A DNA stretch of 62,927 nt, filler included, from Collodictyon triciliatum (GCA_043381765.1; 7 parts of 6 records of this genome joined end to end with filler, not necessarily neighbours in it), one strand, 5' to 3'. Counted from the first letter of the whole stretch, positions 49,125 to 61,481 are shown. The notes: generated from the letters alone by a model not told the origin. Made by a program: numbers and translations.

Positions 49125-52100
49125 ATGAGGTTGAAATCAAAGTCTTTTGCAGATATCTTGTTTTTGGGTGTGTTTTTAATTGGAATTATTTTATGGATTT
49201 TTGATTGAATTAATTGAAACCGAACCCATAGGATTATAAGGAACATATATTTAGGATTGATACTCCACTGCCAAGTGTGCCTTGTTGAGGGACAAAATGA
49301 ATTGATTCGCACACTCAATGCTCATACCGATGGTGTTTACAGTGCTACTATTACTCCTGATGGCTCAAAAATTGTATCTGGAGGTTCTTTTATTGATCCA
49401 AGTATCAAAATTTGGAATCTTTCTGATGGAAATTTGATTCGCACGCTGACTGGTCATGTCAGTTATGTTATGAGTCTTGCTGTTACTCCTGATGGCTCAA
49501 AAATTGTTTCTGGAAGCGATTTATCAGATGGCACAATCAAAATTTGGTATCTTTCTGATGGAGCTTTGGTTCATAAATTAACTGGTCAAATTAATTATAT
49601 TGTTTACCGTGTTGTTGTTACTCTTGATGGTTTAAAAATTGTTTCTGGAAGCCGGGATAATACGATCAACATTTGGAGTCTTTCTGATGGAGCTTTGATT
49701 CGCACATTGAATGTTCATACTAATTCTATTATCAGTGTTAGTGTTACCCCTGATGGTTCAAAAATTGTTTCTGGAAGTTATGATAGTACAATCAAAATTT
49801 GGGATGCTCCTGAATTAATTTGTTCTGCTGGTCATTTTTTTTATTTAGGTTCAAAACCTTGTCAATTATGCCTATCTGGAAGCTATAGTGCTGGAGGAGC
49901 TTCATATCGTTCATTATGCGAAGCTGGCTCATACAATCCGTCCACTGGTCAAGCTGCCTGTATTTTATGCGCAGCTGGCACATACAATCCATCGGCTGGC
50001 TCTACAATTGATAGTGACTGTCTTTTATGCGCAGCTGGCACATACAATCCATCGACTGGCTCTACAAGCGTTAGTGCATGTCTTTCATGTGCAGCTGGAA
50101 CATATAACCCATCAACTGGTCAGAGTTTATGCATCTTTTGCGAAGAAGGATAGTTCAACAACAAAACAGTCAAGCATCATGCCTTAATTGTGAACATGGA
50201 ACATATACTGATATACGTGGTCAGACATCATGTTTTGATTGCCCATTAGGTTTTTACAATAAAAAAACAGGAAAATCATTTTGCACCCCTTGCAGCCCAG
50301 GGACATATTCAAACTCTACTAAAGCAACATTTTGCTATGAGCGCCCAGCTGGTTCTTATAATCCGAATGTTGCATCCAACGGTATAAGCAGTTGTCAGCT
50401 GTGTCCACCAGGAAAATTTTCAACAAAAACTGGTGAATCAACATGTTAACTTTGTAAATCTGGTTCGTACAACCCATACCTTGGTCAGACTGGGTGCATT
50501 AATTGTACTGATGGAACATACAATCCACGATTTGGCTCCAGTTTGAATTCTTCATGCATTCAATGCCCGAAAGGTACTTATGGAAATGAGCAAAGAGATG
50601 AGTGCTTTTTGTGTCCAGCTGGTACATTCAACAATAAAACTGGTTCATATGATGAATCATCATGTGTTTCATGTACAAATGGAAGCTACAGCCCAGAAAG
50701 AAGCTCATCATGCAGCCTATGCTTATCAGGATTCTATCAAAAAGAAGGCATCACAAAAGACTCAGAATCATGCTACCCCTGTCCAAAAGGCACACACAAC
50801 TCAAAGTCCGGCTCATACGGAAATAAATTGTGTGTTGAATGCTCACAAGGTACTTGGAATAATATTGATGGTCAAGCATTATGCACAGCATGCCCAGCTG
50901 GAACATTCAACAATAAAACTGGTTCATTCAACGAATCATCGTGTATTGAATGTCCAAAAGGGAGCTACAGCTCGGAAAGAAGCTCATCATGCAATTCTTG
51001 CCCTACACGCTCAACAACGAACAAAGAAGGCTCTCAATCAATAGGTCAGTGCGGATGCATTTATTCTTATGTATCATTCAATGACATGTGCACATGCCCT
51101 CCAGGACAGTTTGAGGATGGCAATAAATGTGTTCCATGCAGAGTCGGCTCGTACAAATCAACAAATGACACAAATTTCTGCTCTCCATGTGGCGATAAAT
51201 TTACCACAAAAAATAATGGCTCGATGAACTCAACTGATTGTGTCTGTAGTAATGGGTTTGAATTGAGAAACTTCACTTGTGAGTGCAAACCTGGATGGTA
51301 TGAAAAGCAGAAAAGCTGCTATGAATGTCCACTGAGTATTTATAACGAAAATCATGGACTAAGCTTTTGTAGAGATTGCCCAATAAACTCATATACGAAT
51401 ATGACTGCTTCAGCTTCAATATCAGATTGCAAGTGCCTTCCATATACATATCTCGACTCAAAGACCAAGCAATCCAAAGATTGTCCAACAGGCTTTATTT
51501 GTGATGGAAGCAGTCAGCCGAGTGTCGCACCTGGATACTGGCAAGCTCCTACATCAAATGGAGAATACATCGCTTACAAATGTTTGAATGAAAATGCTTG
51601 CAATGGAGGGAATAACACATGTGCTGAAGGTTATACAGGAGCTCTGTGCAGTGTTTGTGAACAGGGTTTCGGTAAAACTGGCGTTAATTGCACAAGATGT
51701 CCCAACCAAGGAACGAGCGGGGTTTTAGTATTCCTCAGTATTGCAGTACCTCTGCTATTTGTCTTGTTCATGATAGAGCAATCAAGACAACCAAAGACGG
51801 CAAAAATTCAGATCCTAAAAACACTTGCATCTCATTTTCAAATTCTATCATATCTGGCAAACTTTGATGTCGACTGGAGTTACACTATAATCTCAATCAT
51901 GAAAATTCCAGCCGTATTTTCATTTTCATTATCAATAGACACATATCCTATGGAATGCAGATTTGAAATGACAATCTATGATAAAGCTCTGTATTCGATG
52001 ATAACACCTTTGATTCTGATAGGAGTAGTTCTTTTTATAGTCACATCCAAAACAGTATGGAAATTAAAAACCAATCAAATGAATAGCAGGGATGTTACAT

Positions 52101-52912
52101 TTTTCAAAATCAATCAAGAATTTATTTTTTCCATGCTAGTCATGCTGTTTTTTGTTCATCCCACGATTATGTCGTCAATATCAAATATCCTACGTTGCGA
52201 GGGGTTTGGTGATGGAAGTTACTTGAAGGCTGACATGTCCATAATGTGTGATGATGCAAGTTATATGACTTGGAAAAACATATCTCTCGTTTATGTAGTT
52301 CTGTATTGCTTTGGTGGGCCTTTTATTCTGGCTGCATACATGTTTTACAAAAGGTCCTCATTGATTAATCCAGCTTCAAACACTTACAACTTGCTCCGAT
52401 TTTTGGTCGACGGGTACACGGAAGAGTGCTTTTACTGGGAAATCGTGACTATGGTTCAAAAGCTTCTAGTTGTTATGATAAGCATTTTCTTTTCATCAGC
52501 CTTGCAAATTTACTTTGGATTGTGGTTACTGTTATTGACAATCTCATCGTCCTTTTATTTCAAACCATTCAAGTCCAATGTGCTCAGGAAGTCACAACTT
52601 TACTCAATATCGGTCCTTTACTTTACGTTGATGACAAGCCTTCTGTTCAGATTTACAGACCTTAGTATATTTTCCGAATATATTCTTGTGGCACTAGTTG
52701 TTTTGTTGAACGGAATGATTGCAGCTGCCTCTTTACTGAAAGCTGGACCTGCTGTGTTCATGTCTTTCATGGGGAAAATAGAGTCATTTGTAGAGCCAAT
52801 TTATGAATTCCTGTTTGAATCATCTGCTATCACTTACATGAAAAACAAATGGATTATTGCCAAAGAAGAACAGGAAATGAAGGATTTAAATGATTCTAAA
52901 GCCTCTATTTAA
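49125..52912 (+). pseudogene. Signal peptide + 4 WD40 + Cys-rich (GCC2/GCC3, ephrin-receptor-like) repeats + multipass membrane domain; disrupted
   Basis: Exon 49125-49167, intron, exon from 49255. Lesions: TAG 50151-50153, a 1-nt deletion at 50169-50170, TAA 50447-50449. CxxCxxGTYN repeats run across all three. About 9 hydrophobic segments with KxLxxHFQ, YLKADMSIMC, FLVDGY..FYWEIV..QK and KPF motifs. Confidence 0.85.
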
Positions 52913-52917
52913 ATAAT

Positions 52918-53024
52918 CACTCAAACTCACTCACTCACTCACTCACTCACTCACTCACTCACTCACTCACTCACTCACTCACTCACTCACTCACTCACTC
53001 ACTCACTCACTCACTCACTCACTT
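52918..53024. repeat. (CACT)n microsatellite directly after the receptor-like gene stop
   Basis: Direct observation. Confidence 0.95.
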
Positions 53025-53564
53025 AATCATCCATCTGCTTTTTTCTCTTTTTAGCAAATGGGAATGTGACTGTGATTTGATTGCGTGAGATGATACAAAG
53101 AGATTTTCTCAATAATAAATGATAATAATAATCACATAAATCAATTCGCTTCTTACCCTGATAATTCAGTATGTAAGACTACCTTTCTTTGGTTTCTTTT
53201 CAACATTATTGAGAGAAAACAAAGCCGAGGAAACTGCCTTCGCCTCTAGGACAAAAATGAGCTGTGGACGAGACAGTGGGAAACCCCGGATTGTGTGGTT
53301 GGAGTTTTGTGTTTTGGGTGGAAAGAAAGAGAAAAAGAAAAGGAAAAAGAGAAAGAAAATAGAAAGGAGAGAAAGTATTCTCACACACAGACTATTCTAC
53401 CCGAAGTGAATGAGCTCCAACGCGATTTCTGATTGTATTCGAGACTGACAGAAGAGCGGATAAAGTTGTCGGGTCGATGAAAGTACGCACATAGCAGTTA
53501 CTTCTCAAATCGATTCTGACGAGTCCATTCGACCATCTATCCCAGACAAGGTTTACATCCTATT

Positions 53565-53978
53565 TCATTCCACAGGATGAGTCTTTTGAGGGGACAACGA
53601 GTCGCTTTCCTTTCGTTTCTTGCTGGGCGACTCAGACAAAAAGCGATGCATCGTCGTTTGTCTGGTATTATCGTAAGTGGTGCTTGACCGTCCCCTGGTT
53701 TCGGAACCATGCGTAGCCGGCAGTGGACTTTGCTTAACCGGAGTATGGATATGCGTTTGTGGTTTTAGAAACATACGCTTCTGCTTGCTCGGACTGTCTT
53801 TAGTGTGTTTGAGGTTCCAAGCTTGGATTCGACCTGTGGTGTTTGTTTTTGCTCCTTGGTTCTTGGTGCGACGGACTGGGCAGCGTAAACGAACTATCTT
53901 TGGTGGGCGCTGGTTCTTGTGTTGCCTTCGCTTTGGAGTATCCTTTCGGATAAGTAACGAAGACTGCCTTGAGGCCTC
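53565..53978 (-). CDS. Terminal exon of an unidentified nuclear protein with PIP-box-like motif and CDK sites
   Basis: CATAG acceptor, then a 137-codon open frame containing TPKR, SPSK, TPVK, SPQK, QTTMHRFL and PSKKRK, ending TGA. Confidence 0.5.
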   Translation of the reverse strand, partial: EASRQSSLLIRKDTPKRRQHKNQRPPKIVRLRCPVRRTKNQGAKTNTTGRIQAWNLKHTKDSPSKQKRMFLKPQTHIHTPVKQSPLPATHGSETRGRSSTTYDNTRQTTMHRFLSESPSKKRKESDSLSPQKTHPVE

Positions 53979-54239
53979 CTATGTTAACCATATTCACGTC
54001 AGTCTGAATGGGTAGTTTAAGGGGGGATTTCTTTCGGGGTTTGGAGATGCGCNNNNNNNNNNNNNNNNNNNNNNNNNNNNNNNNNNNNNNNNNNNNTTAA
54101 TTAATTAANNNNNNNNNNNNNNNNNNNNNNNNNNNNNNNNNNNNNNNNNNNNCCCTTTTATTCGAGCCTGCGATTAATCTTGCTTATTTCTAATAATTGA
54201 AATCATAGTACGATGATTACTTTAATACATTTTTTTCCT

Positions 54240-54288
<49 letters not shown>

Positions 54289-54318
54289 TGGTGCACTGAC
54301 ATTTGCCGCTCTAAACAG

Positions 54319-55267
54319 AGGCATAGCTTCGTCACTATGTGTCATTCCGTGCAATTTCTTCAAGGGGCATTAAAGAAGGCTTTAGCGGAGAAGCGAATGA
54401 GGGATTTGAAAGTGAAGGTATACCAAGAATGAAATTCATAATAAAAAAGCGACGGAATCGCGTCATTCATTAATTTTTAATCATACAGTCTTTATGCTCG
54501 AGTCTTCATGTAAATAGATTGATGTATTGATTCAAAAGCCAATACATTCTGGATCGATATCCTTGTTTGAAATCCGCAATGAAATTAAGACCTAGTGAAT
54601 AATCTGAAGGTCATCACCATCCAAAAAGTGTGGAGAGGGCACATGAGTCGAAAAATCTCCAGGCTTCATATTTCATCCAGCATGGAAAAGTTTTGGGTCG
54701 ATATATTGAACTACTGGAACGCCCTTTCTGCGCCATATGCAGAGCGGGCTCGATTTTGGTTGCTGTTTTCTCACCCGACTTTCAAAACACTCATGGTGAC
54801 CTTTTAATCAATTGCTCCTTCGTTATTGCAACCACAACCCAGTTTCATCCTTTAGAAGCGATTGTAATATTTCCTGTTTGTGACCTGAAAACATATTGCT
54901 TCTTTCTCTTTTTCTTTTCTAATTTGTATAGATTCTCCGTTTCCAAGCTGAAGAGCTTGCTCAAGTACAACGAGGATTCGACACTGCTCAAAACCAACGG
55001 CAGACCACGCTTCTCTCACAAGAAAAAAAGCTGCTTGTGGAGAAGCTTGCCAACACACTCAACTCGGCCAAAGACTCGCCCAATCTTGGGCAGGACAAAG
55101 TCATCGTGATGAGAATAGCAAAGAAATGGGGACTGGATATCCGCCAATCCATCACGGGAATCACACAGCTGACGAGCAGCAGCATGATTGCTCTTGGTGA
55201 GCGATTATGGACAACCCCGAGCTTTGCCCATGAGAGTGCGCTGCTTGTCTGGTCGTTGCTTGGTTAG
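54319..55267 (+). CDS. 3' exons of a protein with IQ motifs followed by a DUF3490/NACK-C-like domain
   Basis: VQFLQGALKKALAEK, ITIQKVWRGHMSRK, then ILNYW..ERARFWLLF..KKWGL..LGERLWT..HESALLVWSLLG*, mirroring the plant kinesin-7 tail (IIELW..HRTYFFLLF..KWGI..LANRLW..ESAxxVAKL). Confidence 0.65.
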
Positions 55268-55649
55268 GACTCGTGCTCCTCTTTCACCTTGGCTCTCTCC
55301 TTGCCGAGTGGCAGGCGTTTCATGTTTCCTTTTCTACTTCTTTTCTTCTTTTACTGTTATTTCTGGCCTGCTTTGTTGTTCTGCTGCCCTTTGAGGGCCT
55401 TAAAGCATGGCTCTGCGCCTCCCTCCCTCGATGCGCCGCGTTTGTGGACGCCCGGATGTGTCGGTTGCGTGTTGGTTGCCTCTCTCTGAGTTTGCCAGGA
55501 GGTGGTCTTCATGAAGCAGATGCACTCACGAGTCAGACACGTTCACTGCACAGCAGCACGCACGAAGCAACTGTAAAAAAAAAAGAAAAAGAAAAAGAAA
55601 ATAAACAACAACAAAAAAAAAACATAGCGCGCTCACGGCAGAACCCAAA

Positions 55650-56300
55650 GATGGCCACCGCATCGTCAACGTCGCCAGCAACTGCGTCGTCTTCCGATGC
55701 AACTGCGCACACGGTATCCTTCTCCACTTCCTCCACACTTTCCAGCGGACCTGCGCGTGAGTTTGTCGCCCGTCCTTACAAGTCCGTCGCCTCGCATCCT
55801 CCCGCCTCGTCCACATCCTTCTTCGACAGGCAGCCCGTGCCGCAGACAGCGACTTCTTTGCTCTCTGCCGAGACTTTGATCATACCTGCGAGCGAGCAAC
55901 AAGTTTCGCCCCGTCTCCGCAGCTCAGGCACTTCTGCAAGCTTCCCTGTGGATCTGGTCCGATCAGCGCCCGTTGTTTCACACGCCTCTCACACCAGGCA
56001 AAGCACGGCCCAGCCGGTATGGACGGAATCCAGCAGCTCTGACTCTGAAGCGGACGATTCCTCGGGCTCGGAGACAGAAGGCAGCCTGATGTCCTCAAAT
56101 CCTCCCTTGACGTGGGCTGCTTTGTCCAAAAGTGCATCGCCGCTTTCCAACACGGCGGGAAAGCAGCCTGCATCGCTTTATGAAAAGCCGCAGAAAGCTG
56201 CTGCCCATTCGATGAGATACTTTGAGGTCAATGTCGGGGCGGAAATGCGTCGCATATTTGATGATGTGCGTGGGAAGCTTCCCTCGATGGCTGCCGTAAG

Positions 56301-56331
<31 letters not shown>

Positions 56332-57611
56332 GTTGATGGTAATGAGTACGACAGAGGTCTGGTGAAGGAGCCGTCTCTCATTCAGACAAAAACACGCACC
56401 CCCCTCAGGATTTCGGATGATGTTCCAAAGTCGATGGGTTCGCCTTACATATATGAACCACCACAATCGTCTTTGTCAGTTGGAACGAACCCTGATTTAT
56501 GGCCACACAACCGCACATCACCCAGTTCTGCAAAATCACCGACTTCAAGTTTGCAAGCTACCCAAACAACACCAAAATCGACAAGTGAGTTCAAACTGTT
56601 ATTCCTTAAAAAAAACGAACATACAAAAAAACAACAATAATTATTCAAAGTCTTATAAAATCCATAAATCGATTTCTTCAGGGCACGATCGAGTAGCCAT
56701 GATACCTCTGAAATAATCTCTATCATAGGATATTTGATGTATATACATACACCAGTTTTATTCGGCAAATGTGTAAATGGTAAAGGGTACTCGTTTTCAC
56801 TTTGACATCAATATTTTCGAATAGAAGGAGAAACCAGTTATCTTCAAAAACACGAGTGCGGTGACGAGGATGATGTCATCGACCCTGATGACGAAGTTGC
56901 TCGTGTCAACCAAAAGTATATCAATACATTCCTCAAGCGCTTCGGTCAAAACGAACATGAGGATTTTACTCGAAGGCCTCTCATCAACTTCGACTCTGAC
57001 AGCGAGGAGGGCGAGGGAGATGTGCATTCCAGAGGCGAAGAACATGAAGAAGACGGCGAAGGTTCGGCAATACCAAATCAAGAGGCAAGTGCACCTGCCC
57101 AGCCCAGAAATAAGAAGGCGGGACACATTTCAGTCTCTGTCGCATCACAGCCATATGCGTCTTTCTTGCCAACCGTGGTTCCCTTTCTTGACATCGATAG
57201 AGCCCTTGGTGGGATTGATTTGGACGAGCTTCTGTCTTCTTTGGAGAAGAATCCTTACATTATATCCGACCATTCTGAAAGTACTGGCGAGGCGGATTCA
57301 TATGCGTTTCTGAAGGATTCGAAAAATCCCGAGTCCTTTGCTGAGGATAATCCGGATGATGGCACCGTCTTCCACTCGCGTTTGTCTGCATCTGTTGGAT
57401 TTGGAGCTGGCAAAGAAAGGCCGATGCAGCCGAGCATCTTGTCGAAAAGCGGTATGGAACAAAAGAAAGAAACAGTACGCAATCGGAAATCAATCCACGA
57501 ACAGCTGCGGCGGGATAGATGCTCGCAACCGAGCAGAGAAAGGGACTTTTCTCGCGGAAGTGACGATGATTCGGACGGAGATGATTCTGAAGGCGATGCG
57601 GAAGTTGACGC
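55650..57611 (+). CDS. 5' exons of a large Ser/Pro/acidic low-complexity protein; truncated by contig end
   Basis: ATG 55650 open to a GTGAGT donor near 56585. Phase-compatible exon from about 56825 is open to a GTAAGC donor at 57612. GC-rich relative to flanks. Confidence 0.7.
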
Positions 57612-57954
57612 GTAAGCAATTTCAAAAGCACCCAAAAAGAATATAGGCGGTTGTCATGTAACGGATTACAAGTATTAACTTTTGTTGCTGTTTTTACTTC
57701 TTTGCGCACTCCAACCTCCTCAGGTTTTGGGCAAGGGNNNNNNNNNNNNNNNNNNNNNNNNNNNNNNNNNNNNNNNNNNNNTTAATTAATTAANNNNNNN
57801 NNNNNNNNNNNNNNNNNNNNNNNNNNNNNNNNNNNNNTTATGTGGGTGCGATACTTGAAGGCTTCTACTGGAAGATCAAATCGCTATCCTTTTTTTCTTT
57901 TACACTTATTACTTCCTCCAAAACTTAATCAATCGATTAATTCTATCCTGAAAG

Positions 57955-60656
57955 GCGAGGAAGTCGTATGCTTGGTTCGGGCTCTCGAGGGAATATAAAT
58001 ATCCAGGATTTGGCGCCGTCTGTCAGGGTGAATGCGTTGCTTGATATTTGTAGTAATATGGTTATCTTTCAGTTACCCATTCAGATATTTTTTTTAAAAA
58101 AAAAATCATCATAGCATCTAATCGTTTTTTTTGGGGGAAATTAGTCCACTTTTTACGTCTCGAGTCGGCCACCACCACTAAAGTTCGACCCTCGAAAGTA
58201 TTTTGGTAGGACACCCGATATTATAGAATATTCGACGCATTTTATAATCATCCTGCATGCCATGCCTATTTATAATTACCGCCTTTACATCTAAAACTAC
58301 CAAACCAAAAAACATAAAAGAGCGGGTGGTTAAGACAATGAGCCTTCCACCGAAGCCAACAAACTTTCCAGATATATTTCAAAGGCATTTACTAGAAAAA
58401 GGTATGTAGTGATTCTTTTACGATGCTCTAAAAGCTACATGTCTGAACATGTCTGAAATATTTAATAGACTGGCAGAGTGAAAGGGTTTCATTTTTTTTT
58501 TATTATTATTATTAATATCCAATGTTTCACCTTCACTGTTGTTAGAATCTATTGATATCTTTCGGGATATGTTTTGGCTTGTCCATTGCCTCTTTTTCCA
58601 ATGCGAGTCAGAGAACCATCAGGAGAAGCTTGTTGAAAGCCTATCTTCAAAGTTTATTCAAATGTTTATGCCACTTCAGCACAGGGATGTTTTCATGCAG
58701 GTTCTATTCTTTTCCCAGTTTTTATTTGAACAAACTGCAAATAGTTGACATTACCACTCACTTTTTTTTTCTCTTTTGTACGGCCAGTACTACCCATTCG
58801 CTATTGCATACTCTATCTGTAATTGCTTCATAGAGAACTTCGCGACCGACAAGGTGCATGTTTCTCTGAGATAGAATCGAATTCAATAAGCTTTCATATA
58901 TGTTGTTTTTCAATATAATTTTCTCTTTGTTATATCGCATTCGTATCCATCCGGCTGCGATAGGCCGTTCTCTTGCGTGTTTCGCTTGAATCGACAGATT
59001 TTCTTTTTCTCTTTTCGCAGAGCTTATTTGGAGTGGACTTTAGACGTGACATTCTCCACATTTCGGAACTTTTGTACAGTGGAGTGCGCTTTTCCGACGC
59101 ATATATCAGTGAAATCGAGCGACAGGTTTTTGCAGGAAAGCTGAGCGCAACAGGACACAGTGACCTTCCCTTTCTTGGTGACACAGGCTCGCGTCAACGA
59201 AGAAGGAATAGCGAAATGTCGTCCAGCGGCAACATAGACATGACGTGGGTTCAGGACCACATTGCCAAAATGGAGCATGGTACTCGTAAGTGACGATTAC
59301 AGAAATAATAATATGATAGAAATAAAATGTGACTCTTTCGAACCAGCCAGCCCATTTACAACTTTTAAGACTCATATATTTCCCCTATTTTTTCCCTGCA
59401 AATTAAACGCTCCCTTTGCCAGCGCCTCGCGTAAGTCAATTATTACATCATATCTAGCGCCAATTTACAATATATGAGATTCCGTAGCTCCAACATGTCT
59501 TTGCATAGTCTGCGCCGGAGAAATTGGATGTCCTGGATGAGGCGATTGCAGTGAATAGGCTGCTATTTGAACAGAAAATGGTGATACTCGGACTCAATAT
59601 TATTATCGCAGACACATATATGTATTAACCTGAATAAGAAGTAAAGAGACGCCCTTTAGATATTGTCAATGTTGCTGTTCAAGGAAAAGCGTGTACTGAC
59701 TTTAATCAATCACTCAATCAACGATAGCCCGAGGATTTGGTTCCCAAGAAAAAGCCACACCGACAAATGCCCTTATCCAGCATGCGTCAATTGAGTCCTC
59801 TTGTGCAGGATTATCTCGTAGGACAGAAGCGAGGAAATGCGCGTGCAATTCTGAAAGGTGATCTGATGCATTTTCTTCTGCATGTATCTAATATGCATGC
59901 TTGAGACATCAATTGATCTTTTGGATTTGTTCACTGTCATCAAAAGCAATCAATGTCACGCTTCTGTTAAAGGCCATTCGCCTCACTTCATACCGTGACT
60001 AACCATATCCCCCTGGCGCTATGTTAAGACATTCACAGCATGCTTGAAACCCGGCACAATGCCAACAAAGCTTCAAAGGATGAGCCTGCGAAGTCAGAAA
60101 CAGTTGCAGATAGGCAACGTGGAGAGGTTGACCCAGTGGAAGACGCCAAGAAGCGTGAGGTTTACTACAAGCGATTGCACGAAGGATATGCACGCACAAA
60201 AGTCTCTTGCACGAGGGATGTTGGCCAGATTCACCGCGATTTGAAGCAAGGGTTTCAAAGTTTGGAGGAGTCAAAGCAAAGGGTGCTGAAAGGTGGAGAA
60301 GCTTCTGTGAGTTTTTTTTTCTTCCTTTTGTTTCTGATGCAGGCGTAAGAACGCATGACGATTGAATGACCAAAGCTTTTGTAGTGTGGCCTAGTCATTG
60401 GATAGATAAACATCTGTTGGTGGCTGACTAGCTCAACCTTGGTCTTATTTTATCCGCAAGTAACATGTCCAACTGATAAATACACTAGGTAAGTCATCTC
60501 ACTATGAAAATTATGGAACACCAACAAAGACGTAAGGAGGTTGTGCAGCGAAATCTTCAGAAGATGGGCTACATCGCTCATTCCGACCAAAAAGCACACG
60601 GCAATGCCACTGCGTCTGACTACGACGTAACTGCCTGGAAACATCTGACAGAATAG
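57955..60656 (+). CDS. FAM227 (FWWh-domain)-like protein, 3' part, about 11 exons
   Basis: YKYPGF..ESIDIFRDMFWLVHCLFFQ..QEKLVESLSSKFIQMF..RDVFMQ|YYPFAIAYSICNCFIENF..LFGVDFRRDI..YSG..SPLVQDYL follows FAM227 motif order. Confidence 0.75.
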
Positions 60657-61481
60657 CCTTGTGCGCTGCTGTGTACACACCTAGGCATACTCAATGACAA
60701 TTCCATTTGCTTTTCTTCATTCGGGTCATACTCTGGTAATTACGCCAGGCGCAAACACGCTTCTTGTATCTCCTCTGTTTCAGCGCATTTTCGTCTGGAA
60801 AGAACAAGTCTAAATCAGCTGCTAGTTTTTCAGGCACTATCTAATAAACAGGAAAATAATTCGTGATGCACGCAACGTACGAGCGCCATCTCTTGTGATG
60901 GGTACTGGGTGTGCTTGATGAAGGGGAAATGAATAATATGGTCTACAGGAAGATGATTGGATTCATAATTCATGCGAAGCTAAAAAAAAAAAAAACATAT
61001 ATGAACCAATCAATGGAAAGAGAAAGTAAAACTAGCAATTATCAGAGCTATGACAATGCAAACCAGATTACAGGACGTGGCTATGACTTTCTCTTTCTCT
61101 TTCTCTTTCTCTTTCTTTGATTTCTGTCGTTTATCATTCTGCATATAACTGTTCCTCCATCGTTCAGTATTTCGCAAATTCGAGATTACATATACGCGAC
61201 TTCGATTCAGTACCCTCCCAATATCTCTCTCGCATGTCCTGATGAAAATTCCTAGCATTTCATCGAAGGTCTCCAGGTATCACGGAAGAGAACCGATGCG
61301 ATGTAAAAAAAAAAAAAAAAACTCTTTATAGCAGTTGTTTTATTTATAAATAAAATATCATTAATTTTTTATGTACCTATANNNNNNNNNNNNNNNNNNN
61401 NNNNNNNNNNNNNNNNNNNNNNNNNTTAATTAATTAANNNNNNNNNNNNNNNNNNNNNNNNNNNNNNNNNNNNNNNNNNNN

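Noticed and set aside
50151-50449. In-frame TAG/TAA as evidence of an alternative genetic code or readthrough
   Set aside because: TAA, TAG and TGA all terminate conserved genes here, no other exon has in-frame stops, and a frameshift accompanies them.
55650-60656. Joining the low-complexity gene to the FAM227-like exons as one gene
   Set aside because: They are separated by an artificial spacer, so adjacency is not evidence.
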